Below, one piece after another: positions 26,547-36,597 of a stretch of 44,483 nucleotides of DNA. A program made the translations under genes and the position numbers. The notes below the pieces were generated by a model that was not told the origin of the DNA, made no database searches, and saw nothing but the letters and a program-made list of their open reading frames with translations. This DNA comes from Armatimonadota bacterium. GTDB taxonomy: Bacteria; Armatimonadota; UBA10988. Position 1 is the stretch's first letter. Each line of letters starts with the position of its first letter. The stretch is taken from assembly GCA_016235455.1 (NCBI GenBank), contig JACRKZ010000172.1, positions 1 to 44,483 of the forward strand, written 5' to 3'.

Positions 26547-28676
26547 ATGGCAGTCGAGCAGATGGCGCAACATTACGGCTGGCTCATCCCGCTGATCCCG
26601 GCGCTGCCCGCGCTGGCCGCGGTGATCGGCCTGGTCTGCGGCGGGCTGTTCCTGCACCGTCGCACGCCGGTGCTGACCATTGGCGCCATGGCCGTCTCCA
26701 CGCTCATCGCGTGGTTCGCCGTGTTCCTGCCGGTGGTTGGTTCGTGGTGGTCCGGTGGCGGTGAGCACGCCTTCTCGTGGAGCCACAGCTGGCGCTTCTT
26801 CCAGGCCGGCGGGCAGTGGGTGAGCATCGGGGTAGTTGTCGACCACCTGACCGCCGCCATGCTGGCCATGGTCACGCTGCTGGTGCTGCTGATCGAGATC
26901 TACGCCGTCGGCTACATGGCGTCGGACGAGCTGTTCTCGCGGTTCCACGCCGAGGTCAGTCTGTTCGCCGCCGGCATGCTGGGGCTCGTCGTCGCCAACA
27001 ACTACCTCACGCTGCTGGTTTCGTGGGAGATCATGGGGCTCTGCTCCTACCTGCTGATCGGCTTCTGGTACTTCAAGGACAGCGCCCGGAAGGCGGCCAA
27101 GAAGGCCTTCATCGTCACCCGGCTGGGCGACCTGGGCATGCTGGTCGGCATCATCATCGCCTTCTGGGGTAGCGGCTCGTTCGAGTTCGACACCATCTTC
27201 ACCTGGGCCAAGTCGGCGCCGGCCGTGCTGGTCGTGCTGACGGCTCTGGGGCTGTTCTGCGGCAGCGTCGGCAAATCGGCGCAGTTCCCGCTGCATGTCT
27301 GGCTGCCGGACGCCATGGAGGGCCCGACGCCCGTCTCCGCGCTGATCCACGCGGCCACCATGGTCTCCGCCGGCGTGTATCTCGTGGCGCGCAGCTATCC
27401 GCTGTTCTACGGCATGGACGGTCACCTGGAGGCGGAGATCCTCGGCTTCGTGGTGGCGCCGTTGAAGGTCGTGGCCTGGATCGGCGGGTTCACCGCGCTG
27501 TTCGCCGCCACCATCGCCGTGGTGCAGAGCGACATCAAGAAGGTGCTGGCCTACTCGACGGTCAGCCAGCTCGGGTACATGTTCCTCGGGCTGGGCGTCG
27601 GCGGCTACACGGCCGCTTGCTTCCACCTGCTCACGCATGCCTTCTTCAAGGCTCTGCTGTTCCTTGGCTCCGGCTCGGTCATCCACGCCGTCGAGCACGC
27701 CATGCACCATGAGCATGTCCATGAGGACCCGCAGAACATGGCCAACATGGGCGGCCTGGCCAAGAAGATGCCGCGCACCTACTGGACATTCCTCATCGGC
27801 ACGCTGGCGCTGGCGGGCATCTTCCCGTTTTCCGGCTTCTTCAGCAAGGACGAGATCGTCCTGGAGGTGCTGTTCGGCGCGCACCGCAACCCGACGCTCG
27901 GCGCCATGGCGCTCGTGGCCGCCTTCCTCACCGCGTTCTACATGTCGCGGCTCATGTTCCTGACCTTCTACGGCACGCCGCGGCTGCCCCAGGTCTGGGA
28001 GCACACCGAGGACTCGCCCAAGACCATGACCACGCCGCTGCTGGTCATCGCGGTGTTCGCCGCCCTGGCCGGTCTGCCGGCGCTGCCGGCGCTGCTGAGC
28101 GCGATGGGCATCGGCGCGGGGCACAACCTGTTCCACGGCTTCATCAACCTGGGCGCCCTGGCCGGCTACGGCGTGACCGAAGCGCCGCCGCTGCCGGTGA
28201 ACCTGGGGCTGGCCGGGCTGGCGACGCTGCTGGCCGTGTCTGGCATCGGGCTGGGCTGGGTGCTGTACGGCACGCGCGTGGGCGCGGCGGTGCGCGACAC
28301 GGCGCACCGCACGGCGGCCATCGAGCGCGTGCTGGACGTGCCGCGTCGCCTGTACTACATGAACGAGTTGCTGTACGGCCTGTTGGTCACGCCGATGTTC
28401 TGGGCCGTGCGGCTGTGCAACGAGATCGACCGACGGGTCATCGACATGACGGTGAACCTGGTCGGTTGGCTGAGTGTGGCGCTGTCGACCGTCGGCCGCT
28501 GGTTCGACCAGAACGTGGTGGACCTGCTGGTCAATGTGGTCGGCGCGGGCTCCAAGGGCACCGCCGAGATAGGCAAGTTCCTACAGACCGGCCGTGTGCA
28601 GAACTACGCCATGATCGGCGTGGCCGGCCTGGTGATTGTGATGATGGTGGTGCTCAAGCTGCTGGGCGGCGCGTAG
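26547..28676 (+). CDS. nuoL: NADH-quinone oxidoreductase subunit L
   Basis: WEIMGLCSYLLIGFW, KSAQFPLHVWLPDAMEGPTPVSALIHAATMV, HAFFKA, LQTGRVQNY. Confidence 0.96.
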   Translation: MAVEQMAQHYGWLIPLIPALPALAAVIGLVCGGLFLHRRTPVLTIGAMAVSTLIAWFAVFLPVVGSWWSGGGEHAFSWSHSWRFFQAGGQWVSIGVVVDHLTAAMLAMVTLLVLLIEIYAVGYMASDELFSRFHAEVSLFAAGMLGLVVANNYLTLLVSWEIMGLCSYLLIGFWYFKDSARKAAKKAFIVTRLGDLGMLVGIIIAFWGSGSFEFDTIFTWAKSAPAVLVVLTALGLFCGSVGKSAQFPLHVWLPDAMEGPTPVSALIHAATMVSAGVYLVARSYPLFYGMDGHLEAEILGFVVAPLKVVAWIGGFTALFAATIAVVQSDIKKVLAYSTVSQLGYMFLGLGVGGYTAACFHLLTHAFFKALLFLGSGSVIHAVEHAMHHEHVHEDPQNMANMGGLAKKMPRTYWTFLIGTLALAGIFPFSGFFSKDEIVLEVLFGAHRNPTLGAMALVAAFLTAFYMSRLMFLTFYGTPRLPQVWEHTEDSPKTMTTPLLVIAVFAALAGLPALPALLSAMGIGAGHNLFHGFINLGALAGYGVTEAPPLPVNLGLAGLATLLAVSGIGLGWVLYGTRVGAAVRDTAHRTAAIERVLDVPRRLYYMNELLYGLLVTPMFWAVRLCNEIDRRVIDMTVNLVGWLSVALSTVGRWFDQNVVDLLVNVVGAGSKGTAEIGKFLQTGRVQNYAMIGVAGLVIVMMVVLKLLGGA

Positions 28677-28694
28677 GCCCCCGAGGAACCGTCG

Positions 28695-30395
28695 ATGAAC
28701 CTGTTCAGTGTCGGGCTGATGACCTTCCTGCCGTTGGTGGGCGCATTGGTGATCTGCGGCATACCGAGCCGCGACGAGCGCAGCATCAAGGGCGTGGCCA
28801 TGGTCACGACCGTGCTGACGCTGATCCTGTCGATCGGCGTGGCGGTGCGCTTTGGCCAGTTGCCCTCCGACCAGCAGCGCCTGGACTATGTGCCGGCCTC
28901 GGTGGTCAGCCCCGGCGACACGCCCAAGGCCATGGTCGAGCGCGGCCTGCATCCGTTCCAGCCGGCGCTGGGCGAGCGGCGCGCGTGGATCCCGCAGGCC
29001 GGCATCCACTACGAGGTCGGCGTCGACGGCTTGAGCTTGCCGCTCATCCTGCTGTCCACGATCCTCATGGTGCTGGTGGTCATCTACTCGGGACCGGTCG
29101 TCAAGGACCGCATCAAGTGGTACTACGCGTTCTTCTTGCTGCTCGAGACCGCCATGCTGGGCGTTTTCGTCAGCCTCGACCTGTTCCTGTTCTACCTCTT
29201 CTTCGAGGTGGGGCTGGTGCCGATGTACTTCCTCATTGGCATCTGGGGCGGTCCACGGCGTGAGTACGCGGCCATCAAGTTCTTCCTGTACACGCTGGTC
29301 GGCTCGCTGGCCATGCTGCTCGCGCTGCTGGCCGTCTATTTCTACTCGGGTGGCGATGGCCGGGTCGGCACGTTCAGTCTGCTGGAGTTGATGTACCTGC
29401 AGCCCTCGGCACGGATGGCTGGTTCGTTGCCCTCGCTCTGCTTCTGGGGCATCTTCCTCGGGTTCGCCATCAAGACGCCGATGTTCCCGTTCCACACGTG
29501 GCTGCCCGACGCCCATGTCGAGGCGCCCACGGCAGGCTCGGTCATCCTGGCAGGCGTGCTGCTGAAGCTGGGCACCTACGGGTTCCTGCGCGTGCTCATG
29601 CCACTGCTGCCCGACCAGTGCCAGATCTTTGGCGTCTACGTCGTGGCGCTGGCCGCGATCGCCATCGTCTATGGCGCGCTGGTGGCCATGGCCCAGACCG
29701 ACATGAAGAAGCTGGTCGCCTACTCGTCGGTCAACCATATGGGCTACGTGATGCTCGGGCTGGGCGCGGCGATGATGTACCTGAACGCGGTGCCCGGCAA
29801 TCCGGCGCTGGCCAGGGCTTCGGCCATGGCGGTCAATGGCGCCGTCCTGCAGATGATCTGCCACGGCATCATCACCAGCGGCCTGTTCTTCATGGTGGGC
29901 ATCATCTATGAGCAGACGCACACCCGCATGATCGGCGACTACGGCGGCCTGATGAAGGTCATGCCCCGCTACTCAGGCGTGTTCATCGTCATGGCCATGG
30001 CCAGCTTGGGCCTGCCGGCGCTGGCCGGGTTCGTGGCGGAGTTCCACGTCTTCATCGGCTGCCTCAATACCGGTCTGTCGGCGGCGGCCGCCGGGCTCGA
30101 GGGCGCGCGCACGCTGATCCTGCTGACCGCCTTCTCCCTCCTGGGCGTGGTGCTCACGGCGGCCTACTTCCTGTGGCTCATGCAGCGCATCCTGCTGGGT
30201 GAGGTGAAGGAAGGCATGTTGGAAAAGGCGCACGGTCATCTGCGCGACTTCAGTGCCTCGGAATACGCCACGATGGTGCCGCTGGTCATCGCCACGGTGC
30301 TGATCGGCATCATCCCCGGGCAGATTGTGCTCAACCTTATCGACCGCTTTGACACCGGACTGCTGATGCAACTGGGTCGGATGCTGGGAGGCTAG
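28695..30395 (+). CDS. nuoM: NADH-quinone oxidoreductase subunit M
   Basis: GVDG, FFE..LVPMYFLIGIWG, AAIKFFLYT, HTWLPDAHVEAPT, LLKLGTYG. Confidence 0.96.
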   Translation: MNLFSVGLMTFLPLVGALVICGIPSRDERSIKGVAMVTTVLTLILSIGVAVRFGQLPSDQQRLDYVPASVVSPGDTPKAMVERGLHPFQPALGERRAWIPQAGIHYEVGVDGLSLPLILLSTILMVLVVIYSGPVVKDRIKWYYAFFLLLETAMLGVFVSLDLFLFYLFFEVGLVPMYFLIGIWGGPRREYAAIKFFLYTLVGSLAMLLALLAVYFYSGGDGRVGTFSLLELMYLQPSARMAGSLPSLCFWGIFLGFAIKTPMFPFHTWLPDAHVEAPTAGSVILAGVLLKLGTYGFLRVLMPLLPDQCQIFGVYVVALAAIAIVYGALVAMAQTDMKKLVAYSSVNHMGYVMLGLGAAMMYLNAVPGNPALARASAMAVNGAVLQMICHGIITSGLFFMVGIIYEQTHTRMIGDYGGLMKVMPRYSGVFIVMAMASLGLPALAGFVAEFHVFIGCLNTGLSAAAAGLEGARTLILLTAFSLLGVVLTAAYFLWLMQRILLGEVKEGMLEKAHGHLRDFSASEYATMVPLVIATVLIGIIPGQIVLNLIDRFDTGLLMQLGRMLGG

Positions 30396-30397
30396 CC

Positions 30398-31894
30398 GTG
30401 AGCGGGTTCCCCTGGGGCCAGTTGTCGTGCGAACTGTGGTTGGGCCTGCTGGGTCTGGCCATGCTCTCGGCCGACCTCCTCATTCGCGACCGCACCAAGG
30501 CGCACTACGTGGGCTACCTCGGTCTGGTCGGCCTGATGATCGGGCTGGTGCCGGCGGCCGGCAGTTGCTCGCCCGATGGCGTGTCGCCGTTGTTGTTCGG
30601 CGGCAGCTATGCCGTCGACCGCTTCCAGATCTTCTTCCGGCTGTTCGCGATCATTCAGTCGATTCTGATCATCGTGCTCAGCTTCGACTACCTGGAGCAT
30701 ATCCGGCTCGATCGCGGCGTCTACTTCACGCTGATCGTCTTCGGCACGCTGGCCATGGTGCTGCTCACGGGCAGTCGTGATCTGGTCATGATCTACCTGG
30801 TCATCGAGTTCCTGTCGATCACCAGCTACCTGTTGGCCGGCTTCCTGCTGGGCAGCGACAAGCCCGCCATGGGCGAGATCAAGCGCTCGCTCGAAGCCAG
30901 CCTTAAGTACCTGATCTACGGCGCCGTGTCGTCGGCGGTGATGGTCTACGGCTTCTCCCTGATGTACGGCATGGCCGGCTCCACCTCGCTCGAGGCCATC
31001 GGCCGCGCCTACGCGGCGCCGGGCACCGAGCTGGTCAAGCTGACCGCGCTGATCATGGCGCTGGCTGGCTTCACCTACAAGATCAGCGCCGTGCCGTTCC
31101 ACCAGTGGGCGCCCGACGTCTACCAGGGCGCGCCGACGCCGGTCTCGGCGTTCCTGGCCGTGGGCTCCAAGGGCGCCGCCATCGCCGTGATGGTGCGCTT
31201 CTTGACCCTGGCCACCGGCTCGTTTGCCGACCACTGGCAGATGGTGCTGGCCTTGGTGGCGGTATGCACCATGTTCGTGGGCAATCTGCTGGCGCTGCTG
31301 CAGAGCAACCTAAAGCGCCTGCTGGCCTACTCGGGCGTGGCGCACGCGGGCTATCTGCTGGTGGGCCTGGTGGCCAACGACGAGGGCAACCGCGGTGTGC
31401 AGGCCATGCTGCTGTACCTGATGGTCTACCTGCTGATGACCATTGGCGCGTTTGCCGTCGTGGTCTGGCACCAGCGGCGCACGGGCAGCGAGGATATCGA
31501 GGCCATGGCCGGCCTGGCGCGGTCGCAACCGCTCATGGCGGTGACCATGACGGTGCTGCTGCTGTCGCTCACCGGCATCCCGCCGACGGCCGGGTTCATC
31601 GGCAAGCTGCATCTGCTGTTGCTGACGGTGAACGTGAAGTTCGCCTGGCTCGGCGTGATGATCATCGTCAACAGCGCGATCTCGCTGTACTACTACTGGA
31701 ACATCGTGCGCGTGATGTGGTTGCTGCCGCCGTCGGATGAGCCGCTGCCCAGGCGGCGCGAGGCGCAGTGGGCGGCGGGCGTGGCCTACATCTGCGGGCT
31801 GCTGACGCTGCTCGCGGGCCTGCAGTTCGGCCCGTTGCGCGATCTGGCCGATGCGCCGCTCGATACCGCGGTCAACAACGCGGCCGCCAGGTAG
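30398..31894 (+). CDS. nuoN: NADH-quinone oxidoreductase subunit N
   Basis: EASLKY, KISAVPFHQWAPDVYQGAP, KRLLAYS, GIPPTAGFIGK. Confidence 0.96.
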   Translation: MSGFPWGQLSCELWLGLLGLAMLSADLLIRDRTKAHYVGYLGLVGLMIGLVPAAGSCSPDGVSPLLFGGSYAVDRFQIFFRLFAIIQSILIIVLSFDYLEHIRLDRGVYFTLIVFGTLAMVLLTGSRDLVMIYLVIEFLSITSYLLAGFLLGSDKPAMGEIKRSLEASLKYLIYGAVSSAVMVYGFSLMYGMAGSTSLEAIGRAYAAPGTELVKLTALIMALAGFTYKISAVPFHQWAPDVYQGAPTPVSAFLAVGSKGAAIAVMVRFLTLATGSFADHWQMVLALVAVCTMFVGNLLALLQSNLKRLLAYSGVAHAGYLLVGLVANDEGNRGVQAMLLYLMVYLLMTIGAFAVVVWHQRRTGSEDIEAMAGLARSQPLMAVTMTVLLLSLTGIPPTAGFIGKLHLLLLTVNVKFAWLGVMIIVNSAISLYYYWNIVRVMWLLPPSDEPLPRRREAQWAAGVAYICGLLTLLAGLQFGPLRDLADAPLDTAVNNAAAR

Positions 31895-31914
31895 AGCCGG
31901 GCCAACAGACTAGG

Positions 31915-32217
31915 CTAGATGCGGCGCTTCTTGCCGGTCATCCACTTATAGACCAGGTAGCCGATGCCGGCCACGATGGCCACGCCGACCAACGAGCGCA
32001 GCACACCCATGACCGCCGCGAACAGCCAGAGGGCGATCAGCGGGACGACCTTGATGGCCACGATGACGGCCAGAATGCCAACGATGACCTGACCCACGGT
32101 CACGCCGCCGGACGACTTGGTGGCCGGCGCGCTGGTGCGCACCTCGCTGCGCAGGTCGGTATCGTATTCGCGCAGCATGGCTTCGCGCTCATCGCGGTCT
32201 TGGCTCAAGCGACCCAT
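31915..32217 (-). CDS. Hypothetical membrane protein
   Basis: 100 aa; charged N-terminus, hydrophobic C-terminal half, basic tail; AGGAG SD. Confidence 0.7.
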   Translation of the reverse strand: MGRLSQDRDEREAMLREYDTDLRSEVRTSAPATKSSGGVTVGQVIVGILAVIVAIKVVPLIALWLFAAVMGVLRSLVGVAIVAGIGYLVYKWMTGKKRRI

Positions 32218-32249
32218 GGCACTCTCCTAACGAGCCTGTTCGACGCAGG

Positions 32250-32900
32250 TCAAGGCAGGCCTGCCTCAATCAGGGTGCGGCTCCAACCCTCGAACGTTAC
32301 GTCGGTCAGCATTCGTTCCAGTTCCGCCGGCACGAACCAGCCGGCGGCCTCCAGGCGGTCGGTCTCGCGGATATGGCAGTCGGCGCAGTGTGCTGTCGCG
32401 ATATCCACGCGCACCACCAGCCCCATATGCACCCGGTCCACGGGTGTCTCGTCCAGCGCCAGGAAGCCGTGCACGCTCAGGCGGCCCAGTTCCGGTACGT
32501 CGGGCAGGTCGAGTTCCTCGGCCAACTCGCGCTGCAGGCCTTCGGCGATGAGGTTCGGCGCGAGCACCCCATGACCATAATGCAGGCCGGTATGCACGCG
32601 TTCATCGTTGATATGGCCGCCGACGCCCAGCGAGTAGCGGTCGAACAGCCGCGCCTCGCCACCGGTGGGCAGGCGGCGATAGGCGAAGTACGCGCCATCG
32701 GAGTTGCGCAGCAGCAGATACGGGATGATCTGCCGCAGCGACTCGTCGGTCTCCACCTGGCTGCGCGGCGCGAACCGGCCAGCGGCGTTGAGGCGCGCGG
32801 CCAGCGTCTGGTCGGCCTGGGGGCCATCGCTCCAGAAGCTGCGCCCGCGCGAGGCTTCGTCCACCAGTTCCGCCGGCACCACCAGCACTCGCTCGCTCAC
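32250..32900 (-). CDS. Predicted NUDIX-family phosphoesterase (YmaB/COG4112-like)
   Basis: RQIIPY, YRR...GEARL...SLGVGGHIN, RELAEEL, VHMG. Confidence 0.85.
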   Translation of the reverse strand: MSERVLVVPAELVDEASRGRSFWSDGPQADQTLAARLNAAGRFAPRSQVETDESLRQIIPYLLLRNSDGAYFAYRRLPTGGEARLFDRYSLGVGGHINDERVHTGLHYGHGVLAPNLIAEGLQRELAEELDLPDVPELGRLSVHGFLALDETPVDRVHMGLVVRVDIATAHCADCHIRETDRLEAAGWFVPAELERMLTDVTFEGWSRTLIEAGLP

Positions 32901-34117
32901 GCCAACACTCCCGGCTCGAAGAACTCGATCTGTGCGACATCGCCCCGCGCCACGGCACCCACGCCCACGGGGATCACGCCATAGGCGTTGGCCCCGAGCA
33001 TCGTGGTCAGCCGGCCGCTGGACTGATTGCCCGTGTGTCTCGCCAGCAAGGAGCCTGACTCGTCGGGCTCGGCCACCACGCGTACATACTCGGCGCGCTT
33101 GGCATCGCTCGGCACGGCCTCGGCCCAGACGCCGGTCACCACGCGGCGGCCGCCGAGCCGCCCGAGCATGGCGTCCAACGCGGGCCGCACGAACAGGTCG
33201 ATGGTCACCAACGCCGATACTGGGTTGCCCGGCAGGCCGAAGAACACGGCCGGGCCCAGCGAGCCGAACAGCAGTGGCTTGCCCGGCTTGACGGCGACGC
33301 GCCAGAACTCGACACGGCCCAGCCGGTCGATCGCCGGTCGCACCGCGTCGGCCTCGCCCATGGATACGCCGCCCACGGTGAGCACCACGTCGAAGCCCTG
33401 CAGCGTGGACAGCACGCCGGCCAATTCACCAGCCGAGTCCGCCACATGGCACGTAAAGGCCACGTCGGCGCCAGCCTGTTCGAGCACCAGTGGCAAGCCC
33501 AGCAGATTGCTGTCGCGCACCTGGCCCGGCCCAGGCTGCTGGTCGTGGGGCACCACCTCGTCGCCGGTGGTGATGAGCGCGACGCGCGGGCGACAGGCGA
33601 CCGTGGCCGAAGTGCGGCCGAGGGCGGCCAGCAACATGAGGTCCGCGGCGTGGAGCACGGCGCCCTGGGTCAGCACCGGCGCGTCACGGTGCAGGTCGCA
33701 GCCGCGCAGCCTGCGGTTGGCACCGACCGCTGGCTGGCCTACAAACATCACCTGCCCCGTCTCGTCGTGGGCGGTGCACTCCACCGGCACGACGGCATCG
33801 GCGCCGACGGGCAGCGGTGCGCCGGTGCCGATACGCGCCACGCGGCCCGGTGGCAGCGGCGCCACGTCGGCTTGCCCGGCGCTGATGGTGACCTCGCAGG
33901 GCAACGTGGTGGGCACTTCGGGCGAGGCGCCGGCCAGGTCTATGCTGTGCACGGCGTAGCCGTCGACCGCGCTGTTGTCGAAGGCTGGCAGGTCCTCCGC
34001 GCTGGCCACATCGGCTGCCAGCGTGCGACCCAAGGCATGGGCCAGCGGCACCTCTTCACAGCCGAGACGCGCAGTGCGAGCCCGAATCAGCTCGATCGCG
34101 TCAGCAACATGCAGCAT
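32897..34117 (-). CDS. moeA: Molybdopterin molybdotransferase
   Basis: PAFDNSAVDGYA, I.TGAPLP.GADAVV, TGDE, RDSN, GGVSMG, KPGKP, LPGNPVSA; ATG after GGAGG. Confidence 0.95.
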   Translation of the reverse strand: MLHVADAIELIRARTARLGCEEVPLAHALGRTLAADVASAEDLPAFDNSAVDGYAVHSIDLAGASPEVPTTLPCEVTISAGQADVAPLPPGRVARIGTGAPLPVGADAVVPVECTAHDETGQVMFVGQPAVGANRRLRGCDLHRDAPVLTQGAVLHAADLMLLAALGRTSATVACRPRVALITTGDEVVPHDQQPGPGQVRDSNLLGLPLVLEQAGADVAFTCHVADSAGELAGVLSTLQGFDVVLTVGGVSMGEADAVRPAIDRLGRVEFWRVAVKPGKPLLFGSLGPAVFFGLPGNPVSALVTIDLFVRPALDAMLGRLGGRRVVTGVWAEAVPSDAKRAEYVRVVAEPDESGSLLARHTGNQSSGRLTTMLGANAYGVIPVGVGAVARGDVAQIEFFEPGVLA

Positions 34118-34121
34118 GGCG

Positions 34122-34886
34122 TCAGCCTCCACCGACCAACGACTGCTTGACTTCGTCGAACTCTTCCTCGATGGCGCTCATGCGCTCCTGGACATACTCC
34201 ATGGTGGTCTCGCCCAGGTCGTCGCCCAGCACCTGCGCCACGACCAGATTGCCCAGACTGCGGTCGAAAGTCTGGGTGATCTCCTGCAGGCCGGCGCACT
34301 GCTCGGAGAAGCGCTGGCGCAGACGGATCTGGTCGTCATCGCTGATGCGATGGCTCATTGTCTCGAGGATGTTGCGGATAGCGCCGGTGCGCTCGGCCAG
34401 GTCGAGGAAGTCCATGACATGCTCGCGCGCCTGGGCGAGCTGGACCTGGCCCAAATCGACCTTGTCGTCGTCGCGCACATGCTGCTTGAACTCGATGTAG
34501 GTGCCGAGGAAGCGCTCGATGTACTGGCTGATGGGCGCGGGCACATGCTTGAGCCGGGCCAGACGGTCCCAGATCTCCAACTCCAGCGGCGCCAGCCGGT
34601 TGAGCAGGGCCATGAGCAGCGTGTGGCGCAGACCCTCGTAGGTGCGTCGGCGCGTGGCGAACCCGACGGCGGCCAGACCAGTCCACATGCCCAGCCAGAT
34701 GCTCGACCACACATGGCCGAAGACCGGCGCGGTGATCAGCATGGTGAAGGCGGCGAGCCCGACGCTCAGCGACATGAGCCGCTGCGCCGCGTCTTCGGAC
34801 TCGATGAGCGCCTCGGCGTAGTGCCGGCGCATCTGTGCTACGTCCAGCTCGATTGTGCCGGGCCCCGCGGGCGCCTCTGTTGCCAT
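34122..34886 (-). CDS. Hypothetical protein: two TMs plus helical/coiled-coil domain
   Basis: C-terminal 254 aa of the 769-aa ORF has normal protein composition; AAGGTGAG SD at ATG 34886; TGGTACCAT extended -10 at 34912-34920. Confidence 0.72.
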   Translation of the reverse strand: MATEAPAGPGTIELDVAQMRRHYAEALIESEDAAQRLMSLSVGLAAFTMLITAPVFGHVWSSIWLGMWTGLAAVGFATRRRTYEGLRHTLLMALLNRLAPLELEIWDRLARLKHVPAPISQYIERFLGTYIEFKQHVRDDDKVDLGQVQLAQAREHVMDFLDLAERTGAIRNILETMSHRISDDDQIRLRQRFSEQCAGLQEITQTFDRSLGNLVVAQVLGDDLGETTMEYVQERMSAIEEEFDEVKQSLVGGG

Positions 34887-34927
34887 GCTCACCTTACCGT
34901 CGCTCGCCATCATGGTACCACGGGGTG

Positions 34928-35968
34928 CTATAGCGCGGGCTCGTCCGAGAGCGTCGCCGGCGTTGCACCGGCCACGACCTGGGGCCACCAGCGCGCGCCA
35001 TCGGGCTCGCTGGCCACGACCAGCCCCGCCTCGACCGGGCGCCGCTCGGCGGGTCGCGCCGCGCGGCAACCGACGGTGGCCAGCGCGGCGTCGTTCTCGG
35101 CGCCGCCACGGCCGCGATAGAGGACCAGTAGGGCCACGCAGCGTCGCGCGTCGAGCCAGGCCAGCGCCACGGCCAGCGCACCTACCACTAGTATGGCGCT
35201 CACCACGCCAAGCGGCCCGACTCCGTCGCGCAGGCCGCGGCTCACCAGGCTCACGGCCAGCAGTGCCAGGGGCCAGACGCAGCCCACGCGACCGATGTCG
35301 GCCAAACAACCGAGCTGCGCCATGGGGCCGCGCGCCGCCAGGCCGAAGGCGCTTCCGGTGGCCAGCGCCGTCAGCAGGTCCTGGTCCTCGGCCACCATGG
35401 CCGCCGGTTGCACGGTCGTGGCGCGGCGCCAGAAGAGATGCAAGGTGACCACAGCGGCGAACGCGGGTACCCACAGCAGATGGCCCGGCTGGCTCAGGCG
35501 GGTCAGCGTGAGCAACGCGGCCAGCAGCAGCACCAGCGACACGACCAGCGCCAGCACACGCCGTGCGACCATCGACGGCGCCCAGGCGGCGATGCCGCGA
35601 CACCAATCGTCGAACCCGGCGCTGCCGTCGCGCAGTTGGCGGTCGGCCGCGGCCAGGAGACCCGCGCGCCAGGTTGCTTGCAGCAGCATCCACGGCAGCG
35701 CCACGCCGACCAGCGCGGCGGCGAACCGTTGGCGTTCTACCTCGGTCAGCCGCACCGCGTGCCCGGCGGCCACCTGGCCGGGTGCGAACAGACTGCCCAG
35801 CGTGAGTAGCGGCGAGACGACCAGCACGCCGAGCGCGATGGCCACGGCGGCAATGGCCACGGCCATGAGCGGCGCCTGCACCAGCAGCAGCGGCAGCAGC
35901 AGGCTGCGCGCGCGTAGCGCGCGGCCGGCCCGTTGCCAGGCGCCGCCGGCACCGAGGGTCAGAGCCAC
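34928..35968 (-). CDS. Hypothetical multi-pass membrane protein
   Basis: About six hydrophobic segments; GTG start overlaps the upstream stop; start uncertain. Confidence 0.6.
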   Translation of the reverse strand: MALTLGAGGAWQRAGRALRARSLLLPLLLVQAPLMAVAIAAVAIALGVLVVSPLLTLGSLFAPGQVAAGHAVRLTEVERQRFAAALVGVALPWMLLQATWRAGLLAAADRQLRDGSAGFDDWCRGIAAWAPSMVARRVLALVVSLVLLLAALLTLTRLSQPGHLLWVPAFAAVVTLHLFWRRATTVQPAAMVAEDQDLLTALATGSAFGLAARGPMAQLGCLADIGRVGCVWPLALLAVSLVSRGLRDGVGPLGVVSAILVVGALAVALAWLDARRCVALLVLYRGRGGAENDAALATVGCRAARPAERRPVEAGLVVASEPDGARWWPQVVAGATPATLSDEPAL

Positions 35969-36597
35969 TGGGCCTCCTCCTCGGCGATCTGGCGCCCCAG
36001 TCGATTGCAGTCCAGGGCGGCGCAGCAGTGGTAGACGAAGAAGACGATCGCTCCCAGCCAGAACGCCGCCGTGGGATGCGGCGCGGCCATGCGCCCGCCG
36101 CGGCCGGACGCGGCCAAGCCAAACCCGCAGGCCCACCACAGCAGGCCCAGCAGCAGCTCGCCGAGCATGAAACCGCCGCCGCGACCGAAATCCAGCAGGC
36201 GCATCTGGCCCAGGCCCGGCAGACAGAACGAGAAGATGGCGGCCACGTGAGCGCGCTTCTCGAGGTCCCGCTTGAGCTGCGTCTGCGCCATGATGGCCTC
36301 GGGTGTGAGGGACTCGACGCGCTTGAGTTCGACGGTGGCCTGGCCCAGGCCGATCTCGGCGTTCTTGCGACCGGGCTCGATGGCCAGCGCACGGCCGAAG
36401 CAGTCCAGCGCCGCCTGCCACTCGCCGACATCGAGGTTGAGCAGGCCCATCATCTCGAACACCGGCGCCGATTCGGGCGCCAGTGTCAGGGCATCGTCGA
36501 CGCAGCGCCAAGCCGCCGCGCTGTCGCCCTTGCGGCGATGCCGGCTGGCCATGAGCAGTGCCTGGTCGAGTGCCTCTTGCCTAGGGTTCGAGTTCAT
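35959..36597 (-). CDS. TPR-repeat protein with C-terminal membrane domain
   Basis: TPR pattern (AL.LAPE, AL..F.RAL.IEP) then SFCLPGLGQ and two TMs. Confidence 0.78.
   Translation of the reverse strand: MNSNPRQEALDQALLMASRHRRKGDSAAAWRCVDDALTLAPESAPVFEMMGLLNLDVGEWQAALDCFGRALAIEPGRKNAEIGLGQATVELKRVESLTPEAIMAQTQLKRDLEKRAHVAAIFSFCLPGLGQMRLLDFGRGGGFMLGELLLGLLWWACGFGLAASGRGGRMAAPHPTAAFWLGAIVFFVYHCCAALDCNRLGRQIAEEEAQWL

Noticed and set aside
28674-28697. nuoL TAG in frame with nuoM as a readthrough fusion
   Set aside because: nuoM has its own GAGGA SD, both proteins are complete, and in-frame spacing occurs by chance one time in three
34887-36431. N-terminal two thirds of the 769-aa ORF
   Set aside because: Arg/Ala/Gly-rich alternate frame over two better genes; only the last 254 aa look coding
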